A program made the position numbers and the translations under genes. A stretch of 64,000 bases of DNA from contig JBGANV010000009.1 of assembly GCA_044222185.1 (NCBI GenBank), positions 96,001 through 160,000 of the forward strand. The letters are read 5' to 3'. The DNA comes from Planctomycetota bacterium (GTDB taxonomy: Bacteria > Planctomycetota > GCA-002687715 > CAIWVZ01). Shown one piece after another: positions 30,010 to 38,992 of this stretch. Within the stretch, counting starts at the first letter, position 1. Each line of letters starts with the position of its first letter. Below the pieces are notes generated by a model, which was not told the DNA's origin, made no database searches, and worked only from the letters and a program-made list of their open reading frames with translations.

Positions 30010-32465
30010 TGCGTCTCCCGGACGACGTCGCGCGCCGGTCGGAGTCCGAGGAACCCATCGGGAGTGCGCGCCGACAACTGGTGGCGCGTGGACGCGCGGG
30101 CCGCCGACGCCGGATCGCCCCACGATCCGCCGCATGCCGCGTGCAGGTCCTCGACCGGCCAATCCCGCGGGCGCGATGCCGCGGCGCGTTCGCGCACGGG
30201 CTCGCGGACGTTCCCGATCATGTCGTGGAATCCGAATGCGTTCGGTGCGAAGGCTCCGATGGGCGAGTACTCGATGTAGCCGTCGTCGACCTCGTCGCTG
30301 ACGTTGACGTGCGAGGGAGACGCGCGGCCGAGCGATTGGTCGGCGACGTTCGCGAACCCGGCCAGCGAGCTCGCATCAGGGCCCGAAAACCAATCCGTCG
30401 TCGTGCCGGCGCGGCAGGCTGCCTCCCATTCGTCTTCCGTCGGGAGACGCAGCCCGAGCCGACGGGTCGCCACGGCGATCGAATCCAGGCTCAGCCCATC
30501 GGCCGGTGCAACGTCGTCGAACGTCGTGCCGCGCATGCCCGGGCCCGTCCGGTCGACCCTGAGGTCCGCAGGCATGGTCCGCTTCCATTGCGAGCGTGAG
30601 ATCTCGAACTTCGAGAGGAAGAACGGTTCGAGGTGGATCGCGGTCAAGCCGCCGCGATCGGTGACCTGGTATTCACCACCAGGCATCAGGACGAACACCA
30701 TCCCGCAGGCCGCCGTCGGGTGAATGCGCCCGTCGCTCGGGTCGCGCCGTGGGATCGCACCCGACTGGAGATGTGCGAACTCGAAGAAGCCCGACCGGGG
30801 GTCCTTTCCCATGGGGACGAGGCCACGCTGCGGCGTGATGCGCAGACCTCGATACGCGGGGTTCGCTTTCGTGTCTGCGATGGCGTCGATGGTCGAACGC
30901 CACTCGGCGAATCGCGAGTGGATGGTCGCGTCGTCGACGGCGAGGGCCCAGGCGCGCCGGGCCTCCATGTCCGCGATGGCGGGCTCGAGTGCCTTCGCCC
31001 GCGCCACGACGCCCTGCAGGCTCTCGCGAATCCAGGCGTCCCGCTCGTCGCCCACGCCGTCGTCGGGCCGGGGCTGCGCCCCGTCATCGAGCCATCGGGC
31101 GTCTTCTGCGGCGCGGTTCTCCAGTCGTCTCGCCGTCGCGAGCCAGGCCGTCATCCCGCGCGGGCCGTCCACGAGGTCGGGAGTGGGAGGAAGGAGTTCT
31201 TCGGCCCAGACGCTCATCAACGAAAGCGTGTGCTCGTCCTCGATTCGCTCGAGACGGTTCAGGATGCTGCGCGTCGCCGCGCGTTGGCGCTCCACGACCA
31301 AGGCCAGTGCGATCACCACCACCACGCCGACGACGACCGTCGCGATCGACGCCGCCGGGAGTGGATGGCGTCGCGCCCATCTCCAGGCAAAGCGCGCCCG
31401 GCCAGGCCGGGTGGCGCGGATCGGCTGATCGGCGCGGAGACGCTCCAGATCGTCGGCGAGTTCCGCAGCCGTCTGGTAGCGGTGCGCCGGGTCCGTCGAC
31501 AGCGCCGTCGCGAGCACCGTGATCGCATCCCCGCCGACCGCGCGAAGGCGGCGCCGCAGCGCAGGAACGCTGGCGCCGCCGGCATCCCCCGGAGGGGCCG
31601 GCGGCGCCGAAGCACGAAACGGCACCCCACCCGAAAGACACTCGAAGAAGATCGCGCCGAGGGCCCACACGTCCGACCGCCGATCGCACGCCCCAAGCGA
31701 CGCATCGAGCTGTTCCGGCGCCATGTACATGGGCGTGCCCGGGGCGGGTCCGTCGCACGTGACTCGCAGTTCGGACTGCTCGAGCGCGTGTGCGACACCG
31801 AAATCGAGGACCACGGGCGCCGACGGCGTGAGCATCACGTTGGCCGGCTTGACGTCCCGGTGGACGATGCCGGACTCGTGTGCCGCATGAAGTGCGCGCG
31901 CGGTCGCGGCGACGACTCCGATCGCTTCGTCGCGGGCGATGGGCGCGGCACTCGATCGACGCAATCGGTCCGCGAGCGACTCGCCGTCGATGAAGCGCAT
32001 GACGATCCATCGCCGATCGTCGTCTTCCCCGACCTCGTACACGGGGCAGAGACCTGGGTGGTCGATGCCCGAGGCCAGGACCGCTTCGCGGCGAAACCGC
32101 GCCGCAGCGACCACATCCGCCGCATCGTGCTTCTCGTAGATCTTGATGGCCACGTCGCGGCCGAGCGCCTCGTCGCGCGCGAGCCAGACGACGGCCTGGC
32201 TGCCTCGGCCGATCTCACGGACGAGGCGGAACGCGCCGAGCGTCGAACGGACCGCCCTTGCCGTGTGATCCAGGCGTGGCGTTGCTTCGCGCCGCGTGAC
32301 ACGCTCGAACTCCTCGGCGATCACGTGCTCCGCGCGAGGGAACGACGCACGGTAGGCGGAGAGCGGCTTCACCGACTGATTGGCGACGTCGTTCCAGTAC
32401 GCCAGCTGGAATTCGAGCGCCGTACGTTCCGCCTTGTCGTCGTCGGATACCGTGCCGTTTCCCAT
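30006..32465 (-). CDS. Ser/Thr kinase - TM - FGE-sulfatase domain protein (paralog)
   Basis: GRGSQA, VAIK, HRDVKPAN, DFG, YMAPEQ; TM VVVGVVVVIALALVV; RLPTEDEWEAACRAG and PNAFGFHDMIGNV. Confidence 0.92.
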   Translation of the reverse strand: MGNGTVSDDDKAERTALEFQLAYWNDVANQSVKPLSAYRASFPRAEHVIAEEFERVTRREATPRLDHTARAVRSTLGAFRLVREIGRGSQAVVWLARDEALGRDVAIKIYEKHDAADVVAAARFRREAVLASGIDHPGLCPVYEVGEDDDRRWIVMRFIDGESLADRLRRSSAAPIARDEAIGVVAATARALHAAHESGIVHRDVKPANVMLTPSAPVVLDFGVAHALEQSELRVTCDGPAPGTPMYMAPEQLDASLGACDRRSDVWALGAIFFECLSGGVPFRASAPPAPPGDAGGASVPALRRRLRAVGGDAITVLATALSTDPAHRYQTAAELADDLERLRADQPIRATRPGRARFAWRWARRHPLPAASIATVVVGVVVVIALALVVERQRAATRSILNRLERIEDEHTLSLMSVWAEELLPPTPDLVDGPRGMTAWLATARRLENRAAEDARWLDDGAQPRPDDGVGDERDAWIRESLQGVVARAKALEPAIADMEARRAWALAVDDATIHSRFAEWRSTIDAIADTKANPAYRGLRITPQRGLVPMGKDPRSGFFEFAHLQSGAIPRRDPSDGRIHPTAACGMVFVLMPGGEYQVTDRGGLTAIHLEPFFLSKFEISRSQWKRTMPADLRVDRTGPGMRGTTFDDVAPADGLSLDSIAVATRRLGLRLPTEDEWEAACRAGTTTDWFSGPDASSLAGFANVADQSLGRASPSHVNVSDEVDDGYIEYSPIGAFAPNAFGFHDMIGNVREPVRERAAASRPRDWPVEDLHAACGGSWGDPASAARASTRHQLSARTPDGFLGLRPARDVVRETQ

Positions 32466-32657
32466 GGCGTGTTACCGCTCGTCGGCGTCAACGTAAGGTC
32501 GCTTCGTCGCGGTGTCGAGACCCGAGCATCCTCCAATTCCACGGACCACCGTCGAGCTGAGGAGTCGGTTGAGCTCAGCTGATTCCCGACTGACGGCCGC
32601 TCAGGTCATGAAGTAGACTCCCGCGACCGGGGGAGCCTCGACCCCGGCGGAGTCAAC

Positions 32658-34076
32658 ATGAAGCGCGCGTACGCGATCGTTCTGTCTGCTGCGTTGGTCG
32701 GGCCTCTCGTGTCGCAAGGAGGGTTTCGACCGGGTGACATCTACCTCCACTCGAGTGCGCTGGTGAACAGCTCGAGCACCGGTGGCGGGCTGATGAGGAT
32801 CGACCCCATCAGCGGGACGACGCAGATCCTGCTGAACTACCCTTCATCGGCCGGCCTGTGGCAGTCCATGGCCTACGATCCGTATCGCGATCGCCTGATC
32901 GGCTACGTGGCCGTGGGAACGCCGATCCTGAAGCTCTATGCGCTGACTTCGACGGGGAGTCCGACGGACCTCGGCCTGCCTGCTGACACGTATTCGCTGA
33001 TCACGCCGCGCGGAGATGGGATCGTCTATCTCCGTCGCGGGTCGACGCAGCAACAGATCTCGTACCTGGACGCCGCGAACGGGCTCCACACGTTGAACGA
33101 CGCCACCGGCACGACGCCATTCTCGTTCCCCGCGAGCGCAACGAGCGCCATACCCACTCTCTACTATCACCGCGCGCAGAACGCCCTCTATGCGGCGGTC
33201 CCCAGCGGAACGGCGACCTGCACCGGCGGTGCGTCCACGGATCTGAGCATCTATCGCGCGCCGCTGTCGATCGACGGTACGCGCGTCGTCGGCACCGTCA
33301 CCTGTGCGCAGGCCGTCGTCGATCCGCTGGGAAGCAACCAGCCCGTTTGCTGGAGCCTGACGGCCGACGGCAGCCTCCTCCTCGTCGTCGATACGAACTC
33401 CAACGCGGCCCAGCCGCGCATGTTGTCCATCGACCCGGTGACCTTGACGGCATCGATCTATGCATCCAACGGCTCGTACACGGGCGCTGCGGCGACGAAC
33501 GCCGGCTTCTACTCGACTGTGCGCGATGCGGCCATCGTCCTCGACACGTTCAGCGACGTCTTGCGGATCTTCACCGCGGGAAGCACGGGCGGCGGCAGTC
33601 AGTTTGCGACCGGCGTGTCGTCACCTGGAGGAAGCGGCGAGGTCGCGCGCCTCTTCGAGATCGAGCCGACCGCCGTGTCGCTCACGCTTCATGCCAACAG
33701 CAGCAGCATCTCCCTGCAGGCGGGGGGCACCGACCTGCTGACGTTCGCCCCCGGGCCGGCCTTCTCGGGGGAGATCGCCGTCGTCGCGGCCTCGCAGTCG
33801 GGATGGACGCCGGGCATTCCTTATGGCTTCTGGGTGATCCCGCTCGTCTACGACGCCCTCACGACCTACTCGATCGCCAATGCCAACTCAGTCCCGTTCG
33901 TGAACAATGCGGCGGTGCTCGGATCGACGGGCGTCTTGTCGACCCAGTTCGTCGTTCCACCCAACGCGCCCCCGGGGTTTGCCGGCACGACCGTCTACTT
34001 CGCGGGGATCGCAGCCACGACCGGCGGCGTGATCAACCACGTGAGCAATCCCGCGGCACTCTCGCTCGTGCCTTGA
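32658..34076 (+). CDS. Secreted beta-rich (propeller-like) protein with shared C-terminal domain
   Basis: GGAG RBS, signal peptide, and a C-terminus ending FAGTTVYFAG...VSNPAALSLVP. Confidence 0.8.
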   Translation: MKRAYAIVLSAALVGPLVSQGGFRPGDIYLHSSALVNSSSTGGGLMRIDPISGTTQILLNYPSSAGLWQSMAYDPYRDRLIGYVAVGTPILKLYALTSTGSPTDLGLPADTYSLITPRGDGIVYLRRGSTQQQISYLDAANGLHTLNDATGTTPFSFPASATSAIPTLYYHRAQNALYAAVPSGTATCTGGASTDLSIYRAPLSIDGTRVVGTVTCAQAVVDPLGSNQPVCWSLTADGSLLLVVDTNSNAAQPRMLSIDPVTLTASIYASNGSYTGAAATNAGFYSTVRDAAIVLDTFSDVLRIFTAGSTGGGSQFATGVSSPGGSGEVARLFEIEPTAVSLTLHANSSSISLQAGGTDLLTFAPGPAFSGEIAVVAASQSGWTPGIPYGFWVIPLVYDALTTYSIANANSVPFVNNAAVLGSTGVLSTQFVVPPNAPPGFAGTTVYFAGIAATTGGVINHVSNPAALSLVP

Positions 34077-34482
34077 CCGGCCTCCGTGACGGAGGCTGAA
34101 GCGCCCTCCGGCGTGCCGGCCGTCGTGCCGAGCGCCCGGGAGCGTCGCGCTCGCGCGACGACGGCGGGCGTGCACGCATCGGGCGGTGTCGGCGCCCTCC
34201 AGGCCTCTGCGCGTCGATAGGCGGCCCGCGAGCGATCTTCGATGCGGTCTCGGACCCGACCCGGCCGGACCGCCCGCCCAGGGGATCGTGGCCCCGGCGT
34301 CGCCTCCGCGGCCCGGGCCGCCATTCCTCGCGCCCGCGTCGACCCGCTTCGCGCCGGGTTTCTGACGAGCGGTGGGGGGGATTCCGCGCCGCCGATGGAA
34401 GGACTCACGAAGGCTCGACGGCACACCCCGAAAACGGGGGCATCGCGCGTCGGGCCGCGGCCATCCCCCGTTGAGACCTTCC

Positions 34483-37400
34483 ATGAATCACATCGAATCG
34501 ACGCGCCGGCTCCGCGCGGTCGGCAGCCTTGCCATCGTGCTCGCCATTTCGGCTTGGAATCTCCGAGCCCAGAGCGCCCCCTCGCCCGAGTTCCCGCCGC
34601 CCCACCACACGCTCGTCGACGACATGTGGCTGCCGGACGAGGTGGTCTGGGGCGACGGCGTATTCACGGCGGCGCCGTGGCCTTCGGGGGTCGTTCCGTA
34701 CCTCTTCGCCACGTCGGTGTCGTCCGGTGAACAGCACCTGATGGAGACCGCCATGGCCGAGGTCGAGGCGATCTCCCAGGTCGATTTCGTGCCGTACATC
34801 CCCGGGACTCACGCGAACGTCATCCTGATCCGTCCGAACCCGAACAGCGACAACGTCAGCAGTTCGGCCGTCGGCATGGCGGGCGGCGGGCAGTTCCTGG
34901 ACATCGGCGCGAACCATTGGACCGTGAAGTACGTCATGGTCCACGAGCTGTTTCACGCGCTCGGCTTCCTGCACGAGCATCAACGGCCGGATCGCGACAC
35001 CTACGTGACGATCCAAACGAGCCGCATCTCGCAGACCGGATGCAGCGGTGGTCCGTGCAACGGGAACTTCACGCTCGTCGCCGGTGCGACGACGACGGGG
35101 CCCTACGACTTCGACTCCATCATGCATTACGGGCAGAATGCGTTCTCGAACGGGACCGGCCCGACGATCGTCTGCAAGCCGAGCTACGCGGCGCACCAGT
35201 CCGAAATCGGAAACCGCGGTCACATGACGTCACTGGACGCGCAGGCGATCGCGACGCGTTACGGCGTGCCGTCGTCACCGACGCTCGTGAACGTCGTCCC
35301 CAATTCCGTCGCCGCCGGCGGAAGTGACAGCGTCCTCATCGTTCTAACGGGGACGCGCTATCTCGAAGGATCGCCGACGTCGGAGGGTGTGCAGGGAAGC
35401 GTCGTGCGATTCAACGGCGTGCACCTCCAGACGGTCTTTTCGTCGAGCACGACACTCGTGGCGCTCGTGCCGGCGAGCATGATCCAGCTGCCATCGCCCA
35501 CGAACTCGATCACGGTCGAGAACGACGTGGACGCGGGCGGAGTTTCGAACGCGTTGAATTTCGCCGTGACGGCGCCGCCGTGCCCGAGCGCCACCGACTC
35601 CCTCGGACATGCGGTCGTCGCACTCGGCGACGTCGACGGCGACCACCACGACGATTACGTCGTCGGCGCACCGCAGTGGGGTACGACGGGGCGCATCTGG
35701 TGCCACTCCGGAGCGAACGGCGCCGTGATCTGGCAGCTGTCTCCCAGCGGCGTCGTCGAGTTCGGCTACTCGCTGGCACGGATCGACGACGTGAACGGCG
35801 ATGGCGTCGACGACGTCCTCGCGGGTTCGCGAGGCATCGGCCTCAGCTCGGGTGGGGCTCGGCTGATCGACGGCGCGACCGGTTCCGTGCTGGTTGCCGT
35901 CACGCCGCCCTCGGGGGGCGGATTCATCTTTGGAACGGAATTCGGGTACGCCGTCGCGGGTCTGGGTGACCTGAGCGGCGACGGCATCCCGGACTTCGCC
36001 GTCGGCGCGCCGAACTGGAACCCCGGGGGAGCCGTGTTCGTGTACTCGGGTTCGACCGGCGTGCTGCTGCGTTCGCACTCGGAGCCGGCCACGGGGTTCC
36101 GTTTCGGGTCTTCCGTCGCCGGAGGACGCGACGTCTCTGGCGACGGCACTCCCGACTACGTCGTCGGCGCGCCCGAAGCGGACGTGCCAGGAGCCCTCGA
36201 TGCGGGCGAAGTGACCCTCTTCTCCGGCGCGACGGGGGCGGCGCTCGTCATGCGAAACGGCGTCGGTGCGTACGACTTCTTCGGACGCTCCGTCGCGCTC
36301 ATCCCGGCCGTCACGGCGTCGGGGCGTCGGGCGTCATTCGTGGTCGGGGCTCCCGAGAGCGGGTCGACCTCGGGAGCGTTCGGCGGAGCGGGCTACGTGC
36401 ACGTCTATCGCGGATCGAGCACGCTCTCGCCTTATGGGCTCGCGTTGACGATGACCGGGCCGGCCTACGGCTCGCACTACGGGTACTCCGTCGCCCATGC
36501 CGGCGACGCCGACGACGACGGGAGTGCGGACATCCTCGTGGGCGCTCCGCAGGTTGGCATTGGCGTCGCGGGCCCGGTGGGTCCCGGCTTCGCGGAGATC
36601 CGATCGCTCGCGGGGACACTGCTCGCGACGACGAGTGGGACGAGCGTCGGTTCGTCGTTCGGGTCGGCTGTGAGCGGGGACTTCGACACGAACGGGGACG
36701 CGGTGCTCGACGTGATTGCCGGAGCGCCGCTCGCGGACGTGCCCTGCCCGGATGCAGGCGGGTACTCGATCTTCCATCCGCGGCTCGTACCGAAGCAGGA
36801 CAAGGTGCTCATCACCGAGATCTCCACGGGCGTGCCCGCTGGCGTCGAGATCACCAACTTCGGAACCGGTTCGGCCACGCTCACCGAGTGGACTCTCGTG
36901 TGGTCGAACACGGGTGGGTTCAGCGATCCGGCGACGGTGCCGCTGCCCACGATCACGTTGCAGCCGGGCGAGATCGTCATCGTGAAGGAGCCGGGCGGCA
37001 CGATCGCCGAACTTCCTCCCGCAACGCAGGTCTACAGCGTGCTGCCGTCGTTGTCGCCATTCGTCGGCGCGGCTGTGGTCGTCGCGCTCCGCAATCGCGC
37101 CGGAATCACCGTCGACGAGGTCCGGATGGCCGGAGTCTCGAACACCGAGCCCGGGATCTCCCTGGGCGGGCGGTTCCGCGGGTTCGCGCAGAACTTCCAG
37201 CCCGGTGGTTTCGCCACGAACATCGGGGCACAACGCATCTGGGGTTTGGATTCGAACGGCGGTGGTGACTGGACGAGCGCACAGCCGCGGACCTTCGGGC
37301 TCGAGAACACTTCGAGCGGTCATCTGGGCTTCGATCCGGTTCCCGTATCGAGCATCGTCATCAACGAGATCGACGACGCGCCGGACTACGTCGAGTTTCG

Positions 37401-38271
37401 CAACAGAGGCCCGGCTGGCGCCGCGGGTGCGGTCAACGTCGAGGCCTGGTCGATCCTCGCGAGCGGAGCGCAGGGCAACGCCCTCGGCCGTTGGCGGCCC
37501 TGGCCAGGCAGCTACGTGGTGCCGGGCGGCGCGTACTTCGTCTTCGGCGCGGGACCGCTGCCGGCGCCGCCGGAGCTCCCATTCGGCGCGCTCTACGCGA
37601 CCGCAGCGGCTTCCGTTCCACCAGGCGCTTCCTGGTCGACGGACGAGTACACGCTCGCGCTCGTCGACCACCTGGGGCGGCCGGTGGACGTCCTACGCGT
37701 CACCGGTCACGACGACGACGTCGTGCACAACCATCCACGGATCCCGTCGTCCGTGCGAGCGTTCACCGGCGGCGCAAATCGCGGCGCCGTGGCATCGGGA
37801 GTCATCGGGAGGAACCTGACGTCCTCGGACACGAACACTGAGAGCGACTGGCGTCCCATGACGACACGAACGCTCGGTGCGCCCAACGGAACCGGTCCGC
37901 TCACGTGGGTGCCGGACGCCACGCCGGGGATGGACGTACGCGTGAACGCAACGGGACTCGGCGGCGGCCTCGCGATCATCGTGAACGCAGGCGGCGAGCG
38001 CGCCGGGTTCCTTTGGAGCTTCCTTTGGGACGTGGGCCATTTCGACGGCCAAGGGCCGGTATTCGGCCTGGGCCCCAACGCCATCGCGAACTGGAGCTGG
38101 TCGATTGCGAACCCGCCGTTCTCCGGCCCGCTGGATTCACGGGGCGCGGCGCGGGTGGACGTCGCCTCCGGCACGTTGCCACCGGGCATCGACGTGGACG
38201 CCATCTTCGTCCTGACGGACGCGGTCGGGAATCTCGTGACCTACACGCCGATCATCGAGTTCGACACCTGA
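34483..38271 (+). CDS. Secreted astacin-family (M12A) metalloprotease with TIG, FG-GAP/integrin-like repeats, two lamin-tail-like domains and shared C-terminal domain
   Basis: HELFHALGFLHEHQRPDRD zinc motif and SIMHY Met-turn; FG.SVA..GD..GDG..D..VGAP repeats; VLITEI and IVINEI...YVEFRN motifs. Confidence 0.92.
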   Translation: MNHIESTRRLRAVGSLAIVLAISAWNLRAQSAPSPEFPPPHHTLVDDMWLPDEVVWGDGVFTAAPWPSGVVPYLFATSVSSGEQHLMETAMAEVEAISQVDFVPYIPGTHANVILIRPNPNSDNVSSSAVGMAGGGQFLDIGANHWTVKYVMVHELFHALGFLHEHQRPDRDTYVTIQTSRISQTGCSGGPCNGNFTLVAGATTTGPYDFDSIMHYGQNAFSNGTGPTIVCKPSYAAHQSEIGNRGHMTSLDAQAIATRYGVPSSPTLVNVVPNSVAAGGSDSVLIVLTGTRYLEGSPTSEGVQGSVVRFNGVHLQTVFSSSTTLVALVPASMIQLPSPTNSITVENDVDAGGVSNALNFAVTAPPCPSATDSLGHAVVALGDVDGDHHDDYVVGAPQWGTTGRIWCHSGANGAVIWQLSPSGVVEFGYSLARIDDVNGDGVDDVLAGSRGIGLSSGGARLIDGATGSVLVAVTPPSGGGFIFGTEFGYAVAGLGDLSGDGIPDFAVGAPNWNPGGAVFVYSGSTGVLLRSHSEPATGFRFGSSVAGGRDVSGDGTPDYVVGAPEADVPGALDAGEVTLFSGATGAALVMRNGVGAYDFFGRSVALIPAVTASGRRASFVVGAPESGSTSGAFGGAGYVHVYRGSSTLSPYGLALTMTGPAYGSHYGYSVAHAGDADDDGSADILVGAPQVGIGVAGPVGPGFAEIRSLAGTLLATTSGTSVGSSFGSAVSGDFDTNGDAVLDVIAGAPLADVPCPDAGGYSIFHPRLVPKQDKVLITEISTGVPAGVEITNFGTGSATLTEWTLVWSNTGGFSDPATVPLPTITLQPGEIVIVKEPGGTIAELPPATQVYSVLPSLSPFVGAAVVVALRNRAGITVDEVRMAGVSNTEPGISLGGRFRGFAQNFQPGGFATNIGAQRIWGLDSNGGGDWTSAQPRTFGLENTSSGHLGFDPVPVSSIVINEIDDAPDYVEFRNRGPAGAAGAVNVEAWSILASGAQGNALGRWRPWPGSYVVPGGAYFVFGAGPLPAPPELPFGALYATAAASVPPGASWSTDEYTLALVDHLGRPVDVLRVTGHDDDVVHNHPRIPSSVRAFTGGANRGAVASGVIGRNLTSSDTNTESDWRPMTTRTLGAPNGTGPLTWVPDATPGMDVRVNATGLGGGLAIIVNAGGERAGFLWSFLWDVGHFDGQGPVFGLGPNAIANWSWSIANPPFSGPLDSRGAARVDVASGTLPPGIDVDAIFVLTDAVGNLVTYTPIIEFDT

Positions 38272-38320
38272 TCCGGACGGGTGACATCCGGTGCCATCGT
38301 GCTCTATGATCGCGGGCCGC

Positions 38321-38992
38321 GTGACGACTGAGAACGAGACCTGCTGGACGGTGATCGGCGCCGCTGCCCTCGGTGACGACACGGCCCGCGATCGTTTCGT
38401 TCGCCGCTACCTTCCGGTCATCCGCGCCGCCCTCGCCGCTCGGTGGCGAGGACGCGCGCTCGAGTCGGAGATCGAGGATGCCGTTCAGAACGTCATCCTC
38501 GAATGCATCCGGGAGGATGGCGCGCTTGCGCGGGCATCGGCGGAGCGGGGGAGCGGATTCCGTGGGTTCCTCTTCGGCGTCACGCGCAACGTCGCCCTGC
38601 GGCATGAAGCCCGGTTTGGGCGGCGAGGGGTCGAGCTCACGAGCTCGGTCGCTGCCGGTGATGCCGACGATGGCTGGGAACGCAGCTTCGATCGCGCATG
38701 GGCCGAATCCGTCGTCGCGGAGGCGAGGGCGCGACTCACGAGCTGGGCTGACGTGCGCGGAGAGGCCGCGATCCGTCGCGTGCGAATCCTGACGCTGCGG
38801 TACGGCGAAGGGTTGACGCTGCGCGCAATCGCTTCCCGCTTCGGTTGCCCGGAGAAGAGGGTGCAGAAGGACTACATGAAGGCCGAGGCCGAATTCGCCG
38901 CGATGCTTCGGCAGGTCGTGGCGTTCCACGTTCCGTCCGGCGCGGCGGAGGTCGAAACCGAGTGCAGAAGCCTCCTGGCGCTGCTCACATGA
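38321..38992 (+). CDS. ECF sigma factor, translationally coupled to a kinase
   Basis: TCWTVIGAAALGD, EIEDAVQN, FRGFLFGVTRN, FDRAWA and a sigma4-like EGLTLRAIASRFG. The stop overlaps the next ATG. Start at 38306 or 38321. Confidence 0.82.
   Translation: MTTENETCWTVIGAAALGDDTARDRFVRRYLPVIRAALAARWRGRALESEIEDAVQNVILECIREDGALARASAERGSGFRGFLFGVTRNVALRHEARFGRRGVELTSSVAAGDADDGWERSFDRAWAESVVAEARARLTSWADVRGEAAIRRVRILTLRYGEGLTLRAIASRFGCPEKRVQKDYMKAEAEFAAMLRQVVAFHVPSGAAEVETECRSLLALLT

Noticed and set aside
34079-34097. Hairpin GGCCTCCG-TGA-CGGAGGCT after 32658..34076 as an intrinsic terminator
   Set aside because: No U-tract; too weak to call in DNA this GC-rich.
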